From contig JAHKAJ010000035.1 in assembly GCA_018826075.1 (NCBI GenBank), forward strand, positions 15,069 to 79,068: a stretch of 64,000 nucleotides of DNA, given 5' to 3'. The notes beneath the pieces are model-generated. The model was not told the origin of the DNA, made no database searches, and was given only the letters and a program-made list of their open reading frames with translations. The stretch comes from Candidatus Omnitrophota bacterium (GTDB lineage: Bacteria; Omnitrophota; Gorgyraeia; Duberdicusellales; 4484-171). The position numbers were made by a program, and so were the translations under genes. Shown here one piece after another: positions 1 through 9,294 of this stretch. How positions within the stretch are numbered: position 1 is the first letter of the stretch; each line of letters starts with the position of its first letter.

Positions 1-1
1 G

Positions 2-277
2 TGCGATATGACTGCGGTGTCTGAAACTCCCAGCGGAGTTCCTGACCCGGTGGTAGAATATACTACTCAATCGATTGTTGAGTCAGCGTCTGATTGGATC
101 AACAACAAAGATACTAAGAAAAAATATACTATTTGGCTTAAGAATGCTAATATTGAGATTCGCGGCTTGGGTAGTTCTCCCAGCCTACTTAAACAGATAT
201 TTCCCAAAACAGTTCCCCGAGTCTCTCGGCACAATAAATTATTAGATATGTTTGGCCAATCCAAAAAAGTTTTTTAG
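2..277 (+). CDS. Hypothetical protein, probably the 3' end of a gene entering from the left edge
   Basis: Frame is open from position 2 to the stop at 277; ends 8 bp before glnS; no recognisable motif. Confidence 0.5.
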   Translation, partial: CDMTAVSETPSGVPDPVVEYTTQSIVESASDWINNKDTKKKYTIWLKNANIEIRGLGSSPSLLKQIFPKTVPRVSRHNKLLDMFGQSKKVF

Positions 278-285
278 GTCATTAT

Positions 286-1971
286 ATGGAGAAAGCAAAA
301 ACTAATTCCAACTTTATCCGGGAGATCATCGACCGGGATTTAAAGGATAACAAAAATCAGGGCCGGGTCCATACCCGTTTTCCGCCCGAGCCTAACGGCT
401 ATCTTCATATCGGCCACGCCAAATCGATTTGCCTTAATTTCGGCATAGCCAGAGACTATCAGGGTAAATGTAACCTGCGTTTTGACGACACTAATCCGGC
501 TAAGGAGGAATCTGAATATGTTGAGTCGATAAAAAAAGATGTTGGTTGGCTTGGTTTTGAATCGGCAAGTAATGAATTTTATGCTTCGGATTATTTTGAC
601 CGGCTTTATCAATATGCCCGGGAATTGATCCAAAAAGGGAAAGCTTACGTATGTGAACTAAGTCCTGAGGAAATCAGGGATTATCGCGGCAGCTTGACAG
701 AAGGCGGCAAGAACAGCCCCTGTCGAGATCGGCTGGTTAAGGAGAGCCTTGACCTATTCACCCGGATGAAGGATGGCGAATTTCCCGAAGGTTCAAAGGT
801 CTTAAGGGCAAAGATCGATATGTCTTCGCCTAATTTTAATCTGCGTGATCCGGCTTTATACCGGATTAAAAAAGCCGGGCATCACCGCACCGGCAATAAA
901 TGGTGTATTTACCCGATGTATGATTTTGCCCATTGCCTTTCTGATTCCCTTGAAGGTATAACTCATTCGATCTGTACTTTAGAGTTTGAAAATAACCGCC
1001 CTTTGTATGATTGGATACTTGACCAGTTAGTAGTTCATCATCCTCGACAGATCGAATTTGCCCGCCTTAATCTTAGCCATACGGTTTTAAGCAAGCGTAA
1101 ACTTCTGGAATTGGTCGAAACCGGCCATGTCAGCGGCTGGGATGATCCCCGGATGCCTACTTTATCCGGGTTGCGCCGGCGCGGCTACACTGCTTCTTCG
1201 ATCAGGAGTTTTTGTGATACTATCGGGGTGGCTAAGTTTAACAGCATAGTGGATATGGTAGTTTTGGAGAATGCTATCCGTCAGGAGCTAAACAAAACCG
1301 TACAAAGAGTCATGGCAGTTTTACAGCCTTTAAAGGTAGTGATTGTTAACTATCCGGAAGGTAAGGCTGAAGAGCTTGAGGCAATAAATAATCCTGAAGA
1401 TCCTGCTATGGGTACAAGGAAGATCCCTTTTTCAAAAGTTTTATATATTGAGCAGGATGATTTTAAAGAGGACCCTCCCAAGAAATTTTTCCGCTTGGCA
1501 CCGGGCAGGGAGGTGCGCTTGCGTTATGCTTACTTCATCAAATGTCTGGAGGTGATTAAGGATAAAACTGGCCGGATAATCGAATTACATTGCAGTTATG
1601 ACCCGGCGACTCGCGGTGGTGATTCCCCTGATGGCCGTAAAGTAAAAGCTACTTTGCATTGGGTTGCGGCTGAAAAATCCTTAAAGGCTAAGATCAGGCT
1701 TTACGACTATCTTTTCACTGAACGGGATCCTAATAAGGCCTTAGATGGCCAGGATTGGAAAGCCGGCTTAAATCCTAAATCTTTAGAGGTCATTGATGAA
1801 TGTTATCTTGAGCCAAGCCTAAACAACGCTCAACCCGGCCAACGCTATCAATTTGAAAGAAAAGGCTATTTTTGCGTTGATTCACTTGATTCCCGGGATA
1901 GCAGCCTGGTTTTTAATCGAATTGTTTCTCTGAAAGATGAATGGGCAAAAATAGAAAAAAAGACAAATTAA
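286..1971 (+). CDS. glnS: Glutamine--tRNA ligase
   Basis: [14 protein letters not shown] (HIGH), LSKRKL (KMSKS-like), [13 protein letters not shown] and QFERKGYF motifs. Confidence 0.97.
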   Translation: MEKAKTNSNFIREIIDRDLKDNKNQGRVHTRFPPEPNGYLHIGHAKSICLNFGIARDYQGKCNLRFDDTNPAKEESEYVESIKKDVGWLGFESASNEFYASDYFDRLYQYARELIQKGKAYVCELSPEEIRDYRGSLTEGGKNSPCRDRLVKESLDLFTRMKDGEFPEGSKVLRAKIDMSSPNFNLRDPALYRIKKAGHHRTGNKWCIYPMYDFAHCLSDSLEGITHSICTLEFENNRPLYDWILDQLVVHHPRQIEFARLNLSHTVLSKRKLLELVETGHVSGWDDPRMPTLSGLRRRGYTASSIRSFCDTIGVAKFNSIVDMVVLENAIRQELNKTVQRVMAVLQPLKVVIVNYPEGKAEELEAINNPEDPAMGTRKIPFSKVLYIEQDDFKEDPPKKFFRLAPGREVRLRYAYFIKCLEVIKDKTGRIIELHCSYDPATRGGDSPDGRKVKATLHWVAAEKSLKAKIRLYDYLFTERDPNKALDGQDWKAGLNPKSLEVIDECYLEPSLNNAQPGQRYQFERKGYFCVDSLDSRDSSLVFNRIVSLKDEWAKIEKKTN

Positions 1972-1981
1972 AGGGGGCCTT

Positions 1982-2254
1982 ATGGATTGGAAGGTATTTT
2001 TAGCGGCTTTCGGAGCGATATTCCTGGCAGAGCTGGGTGATAAGACTCAAATGGCTAATCTTTGCCTGTCAGCTAAGTCAAAATCCTGGTTAACTGTATT
2101 TGTGGCTTCGGTAGCAGCTTTTGCGGTAGTCACTCTGATCACCGTTTCTTTAGGCAATATTTTAGGCAAGTATATCCATCCTGGGTATGTAAAGTATGCT
2201 TCAGCAGTGATTTTTATTGCTATTGGAGCCTTGATGCTGATGGGTAAGATTTAG
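1982..2254 (+). CDS. TMEM165/GDT1 (UPF0016) family Mn2+/Ca2+ transporter, half-size single repeat
   Basis: AELGDKTQ signature, 3 TM helices, 90 aa. Confidence 0.85.
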   Translation: MDWKVFLAAFGAIFLAELGDKTQMANLCLSAKSKSWLTVFVASVAAFAVVTLITVSLGNILGKYIHPGYVKYASAVIFIAIGALMLMGKI

Positions 2255-2306
2255 CCATATAGGGTTTATCTAAAAATGGGGCATTTAGCCTCAAAAAAGA
2301 AAACTA

Positions 2307-2335
2307 TTGACAAAAGCAGCCTGATAGGGTACTAT
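2307..2335 (+). promoter_or_regulatory. sigma70-type promoter for the FKBP-RRM operon
   Basis: TTGACA(2307)-17 bp-TACTAT(2330). Confidence 0.8.
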
Positions 2336-2374
2336 GTGGGCGTTGAAATATGGCTGTAGGAATGGATATCTTTG

Positions 2375-2418
2375 AGCCGCAAAGTTCCAAGATAGACTAA
2401 ACTTTGTGGCTTTTTTTA
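2375..2418 (+). terminator. Intrinsic terminator inside the 5' leader (putative attenuator)
   Basis: AGCCGCAAAGTT/AACTTTGTGGCT stem followed by a T-run, located between the promoter and the first CDS. Confidence 0.7.
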
Positions 2419-2450
2419 TGTTTACTGCCCGGTAGGGCAAGAAAGAATAG

Positions 2451-2951
2451 ATGAAAAAATCGCTAAAATTTGCATTGGTCCTGGGGTTACTGATCGGGAT
2501 TGGCAGCTTAGGAGCCAGGGGCGAGGAAATGGCTATTAAAGACGGAAGCAAAGTATTTTTTGATTACAATTTGACTGTAGACGGCGAAGTCATCGATAGT
2601 TCCGATGGCCGTACACCTTTAGAATATATACAGGGACAAAACCAGATCGTGCCCGGACTGGAGAAAGCTCTTCTCGGTTTAAAAGCCGGAGATGAGAAAA
2701 CAGTAACAGTTTCTCCCGAGGAAGGTTATGGTTTGATCGATCCCGAAGCTCTACGTGAGGTCCCGAAAACATCTTTACCTCCGGAATTAGAACTGCAGGT
2801 TGGTATGGTACTTGGAATGCAAGGTCCTAGCGGCAGGCCCTTGCCGGTCAAGGTTTCCGAAATCAAGGATGAATCCGTGATTATGGATTTTAATCATCCG
2901 CTTGCGGGGAAAGAATTGAATTTCAAGGTGAAGGTTGTTTCGGTTGAATAG
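2451..2951 (+). CDS. slyD: FKBP-type peptidyl-prolyl isomerase, SlyD-like, with a possible signal peptide (alternative start 2529)
   Basis: PGLEKALLG, PEEGYG and DFNHPLAGKELNF motifs. Confidence 0.9.
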   Translation: MKKSLKFALVLGLLIGIGSLGARGEEMAIKDGSKVFFDYNLTVDGEVIDSSDGRTPLEYIQGQNQIVPGLEKALLGLKAGDEKTVTVSPEEGYGLIDPEALREVPKTSLPPELELQVGMVLGMQGPSGRPLPVKVSEIKDESVIMDFNHPLAGKELNFKVKVVSVE

Positions 2952-3001
2952 TATTTAGGCCTAAAAGGTTAGGCCTAAGGTTTAGGAAAAAGGAGATTGG
3001 A

Positions 3002-3328
3002 ATGGAAGAAGAAAAGAAGGTTTACATTGGCAACTTGGAGTATGGCGTAGGAGAAGGGGATTTGAAAGCCCTTCTAGAAGAGAAAGGTTTAGCCGCAAAA
3101 GAGGTTTCGGTGATCATGGATAAATACACCGGACGCTCAAAGGGTTTTGGTTTTGCCGAATTTGAAACAGCTGATGACGCACAGAAAGCAATTGACGCTT
3201 TAAACGGTCAGGAACTGAACGGTAGGGCGTTAAAGGTAAATAAGGCCCAGAAGAGGAAACCTCGCAATGATTTTGGCGGAGGTTCAGGAGGCTCAAGCGG
3301 CCGCAACTCAAGAGACAGACGGTACTAA
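3002..3328 (+). CDS. RRM RNA-binding protein with Gly-rich tail
   Basis: RNP2 VYIGNL, RNP1 KGFGFAEF, GGGSGG tail. Confidence 0.93.
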   Translation: MEEEKKVYIGNLEYGVGEGDLKALLEEKGLAAKEVSVIMDKYTGRSKGFGFAEFETADDAQKAIDALNGQELNGRALKVNKAQKRKPRNDFGGGSGGSSGRNSRDRRY

Positions 3329-3346
3329 ACAAAAACGCTTAGCATC

Positions 3347-3386
3347 AAAAGGGCATAAGGAAAAATCCTTATGCCCTTTTGTTTTT
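3347..3386 (+). terminator. Rho-independent terminator
   Basis: AAAAGGGCATAAGGA/TCCTTATGCCCTTTT stem plus T-rich tail. Confidence 0.85.
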
Positions 3387-3422
3387 ATCCTGATCTGATA
3401 TAATGGATTTGCCGGTTTTATT

Positions 3423-4097
3423 ATGAAAAGAGTTAAACTTTTTACCACCTTAGTTTTAATTTTTATAGTGGTTTTTGCCTTGCAGGGGTTATTCCGGCGC
3501 TATCTCAATGAGCGCAAAGTCTTGAAACAAGTCATCCAGCGCCTTCAGGCTGATTCCCGGGTAGCTGAAGTCCTGGTGACCGGCGTAAACTATGACGAGG
3601 ACAAAAAGAAGCTTTTTACCACCATTAAATTTTTAGAATACGGGATTGACCGAAAGCCTCTTGAGCCTAAATATTTTACTTTTTCGGGGAATATCATCCA
3701 GTTCCAGTCTTTAGTCATTCGCTTTAACGATGATTACGTAAGAGACGCTGATGCTTTAAGAGGTAAGAGCATCTTTCTGTTTTGGAAAGTGTTTATTCTT
3801 GATGGGGCTGATACCCAGGAGTATGAAATAACTAAAGTTAAGGAAATTCCCGAAGGTTATAAAATTGAAGGGTTAAGCAGCCCTTTTGAAAAAAAGCTTT
3901 GGCGCCAGTTTTGGAAATATGCTTTAGACCCTAAGCAAGGCAGCCAGCCGGGTATTAAAAATGCCCAGTTAGAGGCTCCCGGAACGATGTTTATTCCGGG
4001 GATAATTTACACCATTAAAATTGAACACGACGGGGGGTTACGTATTGACCCGGCAGTAATCCCTGAGGTTTTAAAAGGAGAAAAGATAATTAAATGA
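3423..4097 (+). CDS. Hypothetical protein with N-terminal membrane anchor and coiled coil
   Basis: 224 aa ORF, hydrophobic N-terminal helix, normal codon usage. Confidence 0.75.
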   Translation: MKRVKLFTTLVLIFIVVFALQGLFRRYLNERKVLKQVIQRLQADSRVAEVLVTGVNYDEDKKKLFTTIKFLEYGIDRKPLEPKYFTFSGNIIQFQSLVIRFNDDYVRDADALRGKSIFLFWKVFILDGADTQEYEITKVKEIPEGYKIEGLSSPFEKKLWRQFWKYALDPKQGSQPGIKNAQLEAPGTMFIPGIIYTIKIEHDGGLRIDPAVIPEVLKGEKIIK

Positions 4098-4128
4098 ATA
4101 CCATGAATTTTATTGAGGTTTGGTTATT

Positions 4129-5715
4129 ATGTTAAAAGGATTTAAAGAACTAGGTTTATCCGAAAATACCTTAAAGGCCCTGGTTCGTAAAGGCTTTGAG
4201 GAGCCTACCGAGATACAGGAGAGAATCATCCCTTTATTTTTAAACAGCAGCCATGATTTAGTCGGCCAGGCTCAGACCGGAACCGGAAAAACCGCTGCTT
4301 TTGGCTTGCCCTTAGTTGAAAAGTTAACCCAGGACTCCTTGAGTGTCCAGACCTTGATTCTTGTGCCTACCCGGGAGCTGGCTGTCCAGGTAGCCGAAGA
4401 AATAAACTCTTTAAAAGGTGATAAGCACTTGGTGATTACGGCAATCTACGGCGGCCAATCCATAGACCAGCAGTTGCGCCGGCTTAGAAAAGGAGTCGAT
4501 ATCGTGGTCGGTACTCCCGGCAGGGTTAAAGACCATTTACAGAGGAAAAGTTTAAAAATTGATAAGATTTCCCATATGATCCTTGATGAAGCTGATGAAA
4601 TGCTGAATATGGGTTTCATCGATGACGTTGAGGATATTTTGGCTTATTCCGGAAAAAACAAACGGGTGCTTTTATTTTCAGCCACTATGCCGGCGCGGAT
4701 ACTGGAATTGGCTAAGAAATACATGACTGATTATAAGGTTTGCGCCCAAAAGGGAGAGCTGACTGTAAGTTTGACCGAGCAGATCTATTTTGAAGTTTCC
4801 TATTCCGACAAATTGGAGGCTTTAACCCGGATCATTGACAGTGAAGTCGGGTTTTACGGGCTGATCTTTTGCCGGACTAAGATCGACGTTGATGATGTTT
4901 CGCGCAAACTTTCCGATCGCGGCTATGACGTTGAAGGCCTTCACGGAGACATCTCACAACATCAGCGGGAGAGGATTCTTGGTAGATTTAAGCAGAAACG
5001 AATCAATGTTTTGGTGGCCACTGACGTTGCCGCCAGAGGGATCGATATTAATAATTTAAGCCATGTGATAAATTATTCCTTGCCTCAGGACCCGGAAAGA
5101 TATGTTCACCGTATCGGCCGGACCGGCCGGGCCGGAAAAGAAGGAACGGCTATAACTTTTGTTACTCCTGATGAGTATCGTAAACTTTCGGCTATAAAAA
5201 GGCTTACCAAGACCGATATTTTAAAGAAAAAACTTCCCGGGGTCGATGAGATTATCAGCTCCAAAAAAATCCGGATTAAAAAAGAAATTGTCGATTTAGC
5301 CTCTTCAGCCGAGAGCAATGAATATTTAGGCTTTGCCGAGGAGATTTTATCCGGTCTTGACCCGGCTCAAGCCGTTTCGGCTTTGATCAAATACAGCTTT
5401 GGCGATGAGCTTAGCCCGCGCAGTTATGCCAAGATCCGCGACGTCTCAATAGACACTAAAGGAACTTCCCGTTTATTCGTAGCCAAGGGAAAAATCGATA
5501 AGATGAGCCCGCCTAAACTGGTTTCGATGATCAACCAGATAGCCGGGGTTGATTCCCGCAAGATCCGCGATGTCCAGGTTTTGGATAAATTTTCTTTTAT
5601 CACTGTACCCTTTGAAGAAGCCGAGATAATTTTACGGGCTTTTAAAGAAAACCGGGGCAGCCGTAAGCCCCTGGTTGAACGGGCTAAAGAGAACAAGAGA
5701 AAATACCGCCGCTAA
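4129..5715 (+). CDS. deaD: DEAD-box RNA helicase (DeaD/CsdA type with C-terminal DbpA-like RNA-binding domain)
   Basis: AQTGTGKT, PTRELA, DEAD, SAT, HRIGRTGR motifs; start 4120 (TTG) or 4129 (ATG). Confidence 0.93.
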   Translation: MLKGFKELGLSENTLKALVRKGFEEPTEIQERIIPLFLNSSHDLVGQAQTGTGKTAAFGLPLVEKLTQDSLSVQTLILVPTRELAVQVAEEINSLKGDKHLVITAIYGGQSIDQQLRRLRKGVDIVVGTPGRVKDHLQRKSLKIDKISHMILDEADEMLNMGFIDDVEDILAYSGKNKRVLLFSATMPARILELAKKYMTDYKVCAQKGELTVSLTEQIYFEVSYSDKLEALTRIIDSEVGFYGLIFCRTKIDVDDVSRKLSDRGYDVEGLHGDISQHQRERILGRFKQKRINVLVATDVAARGIDINNLSHVINYSLPQDPERYVHRIGRTGRAGKEGTAITFVTPDEYRKLSAIKRLTKTDILKKKLPGVDEIISSKKIRIKKEIVDLASSAESNEYLGFAEEILSGLDPAQAVSALIKYSFGDELSPRSYAKIRDVSIDTKGTSRLFVAKGKIDKMSPPKLVSMINQIAGVDSRKIRDVQVLDKFSFITVPFEEAEIILRAFKENRGSRKPLVERAKENKRKYRR

Positions 5716-5734
5716 AATTAAGGAGTTGCAGTTT

Positions 5735-6367
5735 ATGGGATTGTTGGGGCTTTTATTTAAAGATCCAGTAACCTTTGTTCTTTTAGTGCCTTTACTGCTT
5801 TATTCGGTGATCGCTCATGAAGTAGCTCATGGTTGGGTAGCTTCTTGGTTTGGCGATAAAACCGCTAAATACGCCGGCCGCCTGTCTTTGAATCCAAAAG
5901 ATCACCTTGATCCCATAGGCACCCTGGCTATTTTTCTGGTTGGTTTTGGCTGGGCCAAGCCGGTTCCGGTTGATTACCTAAGTTTGCGTTCCCGCCGGGC
6001 CATGATCTCAGTATCTTTAGCCGGATGCCTGGTCAATATTATTATCGCTACTTTAGCCATATTTTTACTTCAATTCACCTTTATCAGGACTAACCAATGG
6101 TTAGGGGTTATTTTTGTGATTACTGCCCGGATAAATATTACCTTAGGAGCTTTGAACCTTATCCCTATCCCGCCTTTAGACGGCTATCGCGTACTCAGTG
6201 AGTTCTTGCCTGTTGATTTCAAATACCGGTTGATGAGGTTGGAACCCTATGGATTTTTTATTATTATCGGGCTGCTTTGGCTGGGAATTTTAGGCCCGGT
6301 GATTAGTTTCGTTTATAACCTCATTTTGGGGTTGATTGGGATCCTTCTAAGTTTTACCGGTAGGTAA
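5735..6367 (+). CDS. Site-2 protease (M50) family membrane metalloprotease
   Basis: HEVAH, GWAKPVPV, NLIPIPPLDG; ATG 5735 after AAGGAG. Confidence 0.92.
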   Translation: MGLLGLLFKDPVTFVLLVPLLLYSVIAHEVAHGWVASWFGDKTAKYAGRLSLNPKDHLDPIGTLAIFLVGFGWAKPVPVDYLSLRSRRAMISVSLAGCLVNIIIATLAIFLLQFTFIRTNQWLGVIFVITARINITLGALNLIPIPPLDGYRVLSEFLPVDFKYRLMRLEPYGFFIIIGLLWLGILGPVISFVYNLILGLIGILLSFTGR

Positions 6368-6396
6368 ACAAACGAGCCCGGTCAAGGAGTACTAGC

Positions 6397-7644
6397 TTGG
6401 AAATTTATGATATTGCTGTAGTTGGTGGTGGTCCAGCCGGTATGATGGCAGCGATAACCGCAAGCACTCTTAAGCAAAAAGTAATACTTATTGAACGAAA
6501 CAGGTCCCTGGGCAAAAAAATGCATCTTTGCGGCGGCGGAAGATGTAACTTCACTAACAGTTCAGGCCTTGATACCTTTATTGAGGCTTTTGGAAAGCAG
6601 GGGCTGTTTTTACGGACTGCCTTTAAACAATTTTCCAACCGTGACTTGATCAAATTTTTTAAAGCCCATGGTGTTTTTTTTAAGGAAGAAGCCAACGGCC
6701 GGATTTTCCCTAAAAAAGGTAACGCTCATCTAATAGTCAGGACTTTGGAGAAGTGTTTAGTCCAAGGACAGGTTAAACTCTCTTACGATAGCCGCCTTAA
6801 GAATTTGGCTAAGCTTAAAGATTGTTTTCGTTTGGATATAGCCGCTAGCCGGATTTTTGCTAAAAAAGTCATCTTGGCTACCGGGGGAATTTCCTATAAA
6901 GAGACCGGTTCAACCGGCGACGGATTTATCATTGCTGAAAGAGTTGGCCATCGAATAACTTTTTTAAAACCGGGCCTGGTGCCGCTAAAAGTTGTTGAAC
7001 CCTGGGTCAGGCAGCTTTCAGGGGTAGCCGTGAGTAATGTTGTGGTTACTTTTTCGCCTGAAATACCCGACGGCAAAAAGCTAAAATCCGAGCCGGGCGA
7101 GATCATTTTTACTCATTTCGGAGTTTCCGGGCCGTTGATCCTTGATTTAAGCAGCCGGGTAGTCAGTTTCCTGCGGCCGGGAAAAAATATTTCTTTGTTT
7201 ATTGACTTTAAACCGGAGCTGAATCAGGAGGAGTTAAAGAAACTTTTGGTTCGAAAATTTTCCGGCAGCAAAAATAAACAGCTAAAAAATGTTTTAACCG
7301 GTTTTATACCCCAGAAATTAACTTTACCATTTTTAAATCAAGCTAAAATAGCGGTCAACCATAAAGTCAGCCAGCTTAGCCGCCGGGATTTTCATCAACT
7401 GGTGATTTATCTTAAAGCTTTTCCTTTAACCGTCAGCGCAACTTTGCCGATCGATCAGGCTATGGTTACTGACGGCGGGATTTTGACTAAAGAGATCAAT
7501 CCCCAGACTATGGAATCAAAAGTTTTAGCCGGCCTTTATCTTGCTGGTGAGATCATCGAAGGTTCAGGGATAAGCGGCGGCTATAATCTACAGCAGGCTT
7601 TTTCAACCGGTTACCTGGCGGCAAAAGGAGCTTGCAGTGATTAA
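6397..7644 (+). CDS. HI0933/BaiN/YhiN family flavoprotein
   Basis: GGGPAG, GGGRCNFTN, ATGG, FTHFGVSGP, GGYNLQQA. Confidence 0.93.
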   Translation: MEIYDIAVVGGGPAGMMAAITASTLKQKVILIERNRSLGKKMHLCGGGRCNFTNSSGLDTFIEAFGKQGLFLRTAFKQFSNRDLIKFFKAHGVFFKEEANGRIFPKKGNAHLIVRTLEKCLVQGQVKLSYDSRLKNLAKLKDCFRLDIAASRIFAKKVILATGGISYKETGSTGDGFIIAERVGHRITFLKPGLVPLKVVEPWVRQLSGVAVSNVVVTFSPEIPDGKKLKSEPGEIIFTHFGVSGPLILDLSSRVVSFLRPGKNISLFIDFKPELNQEELKKLLVRKFSGSKNKQLKNVLTGFIPQKLTLPFLNQAKIAVNHKVSQLSRRDFHQLVIYLKAFPLTVSATLPIDQAMVTDGGILTKEINPQTMESKVLAGLYLAGEIIEGSGISGGYNLQQAFSTGYLAAKGACSD

Positions 7645-8218
7645 AATAATCCTGGCTTCCCAATCAAAGGCCCGTTTAAAACTGCTTAGGAATTTCGGTT
7701 TAAAGGTCACTCCTAAACCTCAAAGAGTAGAAGAGAGCCAGAGTTTAAAAAACGGCCCGGCAAAATTAGTGGTAAACAACGCAGTGTTAAAGGCTAAATC
7801 CGCAGCCCGAAAACTTAAAACCGGGCTGGTAATCGGAGCCGATACGATAGTTTTAGCCGGTAGCAGGCTTATCGGAAAACCTAAAGATTTAGCCGATGCC
7901 GGAAAAACCATCCGACTACTTTCTCGTAAGCCGCATTGGGTTTATAGCGGGATCGCGGTGATCGGCCTTGATTCGGGAAAAACGCATACTGCCTGGGATA
8001 AGACTAAAGTTTATATGTCTTCCTTGGATGAGGCCCAGATAAAAAAATACTGCCGTAAATTCTCACCCCTGGATAAGGCCGGCAGTTTTGATATTCAGGG
8101 CCCGGGCGGCTTGCTGGTTGCACGCATTGAGGGTTGTTTTTATAATGTGGTAGGTTTACCCTTAGTTAAATTACTAAAGATTTTAAAAAAATCAGGGATC
8201 GATCTGTTTAGCCTATAG
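7637..8218 (+). CDS. maf: Maf family nucleoside triphosphate pyrophosphatase
   Basis: ILASQS..R, GADTIV, GKP, DKAG, NVVGLP. Confidence 0.92.
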   Translation: MIKIILASQSKARLKLLRNFGLKVTPKPQRVEESQSLKNGPAKLVVNNAVLKAKSAARKLKTGLVIGADTIVLAGSRLIGKPKDLADAGKTIRLLSRKPHWVYSGIAVIGLDSGKTHTAWDKTKVYMSSLDEAQIKKYCRKFSPLDKAGSFDIQGPGGLLVARIEGCFYNVVGLPLVKLLKILKKSGIDLFSL

Positions 8219-9196
8219 ATGAAAAATGCTTTACTTTCCGGTTTTATTTTCCCCCGGGTAATTCTTGCACCATTGTCCGGCATCAGTTCTTTACCTTTCC
8301 GTAAACTTAACCGCAAATTCGGCTGTAAATTCGCCTACCTGGAGATGGTCGGCGCTCGTTCTATAAACTATTTAAGCCGCCGGACTAAACAGATGATAGC
8401 TGTTGATCCAGGCGACCGGCCTTTAGGAGTCCAACTTTTAGGAAAAGACCCGGATTATTTATCCCAGGCTTTGGAAAAGTTTAAACATTTTCCCTGCGAC
8501 CTGATAGATTTTAATGCTGCTTGCCCGCAGAAAAAAGTAACCCGTCAGGGTCAGGGAGCCGCCCTGCTTAAGGAGCCGGTAAAATTAGCCAAACTGTTAT
8601 CAGTAATGGTCAAGGAATCGCTTTTACCGGTGACAGTCAAACTCAGGCTGGGCTGGGACAGCCCCAAAGGCATAGTCGACCTTGCTAAACGAGTGGAGGA
8701 TTCCGGTGTCTATGCGGTTTGTTTGCACGGAAGGACTAAAATGCAGGGCTACAGCGGTTCAGTGGATTATCAAAGCATAAAGAAAGTAAAAGCGGCCTTA
8801 ACTATTCCGGTCATTGCCAGCGGCGATATCTGGTCGGGCGAACTGGCTAAAAAGATGTTTGACCTGACTTCTTGTGATGCAATAACTGTTGCCCGGGGAA
8901 GCTTAGGCAATCCCTGGATATTCAAGGAAATTAATGAATTCTTAGCCAAGGGTAAAGTTATTCCCCGGCCGGGTATTGAGGAAGTTATCAGAGTGATGAA
9001 CGAGCATCTAAATCTTTCAATTGATTTTTACGGTGAAAAAGCCGGAGTGACTAAATTCAGAAAATTTTTTATCTGGTATACCCGGGGATTCCTGCAGGCT
9101 AAGCCTTTACGGATAAAAGTGGCGGTTATAGTCAAACATTCTCAAATGCTTGAACTTATTGATGAGTTTTCAGCCCGGGCCTCAAGAAAAATATAA
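8219..9196 (+). CDS. dusB: tRNA-dihydrouridine synthase (DusB-like)
   Basis: LAPLSG, N..CP, GAALL, VTVKLRLGW, HGRT, ARGSLGNPWIF. Confidence 0.9.
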   Translation: MKNALLSGFIFPRVILAPLSGISSLPFRKLNRKFGCKFAYLEMVGARSINYLSRRTKQMIAVDPGDRPLGVQLLGKDPDYLSQALEKFKHFPCDLIDFNAACPQKKVTRQGQGAALLKEPVKLAKLLSVMVKESLLPVTVKLRLGWDSPKGIVDLAKRVEDSGVYAVCLHGRTKMQGYSGSVDYQSIKKVKAALTIPVIASGDIWSGELAKKMFDLTSCDAITVARGSLGNPWIFKEINEFLAKGKVIPRPGIEEVIRVMNEHLNLSIDFYGEKAGVTKFRKFFIWYTRGFLQAKPLRIKVAVIVKHSQMLELIDEFSARASRKI

Positions 9197-9294
9197 GCTT
9201 TTTATTAATCTTGCCTAAGCGCCGGTATTCTTATAAAATATTCAAAAGGGTTTAAGTAAGGCTAATAGGCGGATTTTATTAAGGTGGTGCGGCT

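Noticed and set aside
2955-2978. TTAGGCCTAA palindrome repeated twice
   Set aside because: Two 10-bp copies only; probably an intercistronic hairpin, not CRISPR or an identifiable operator
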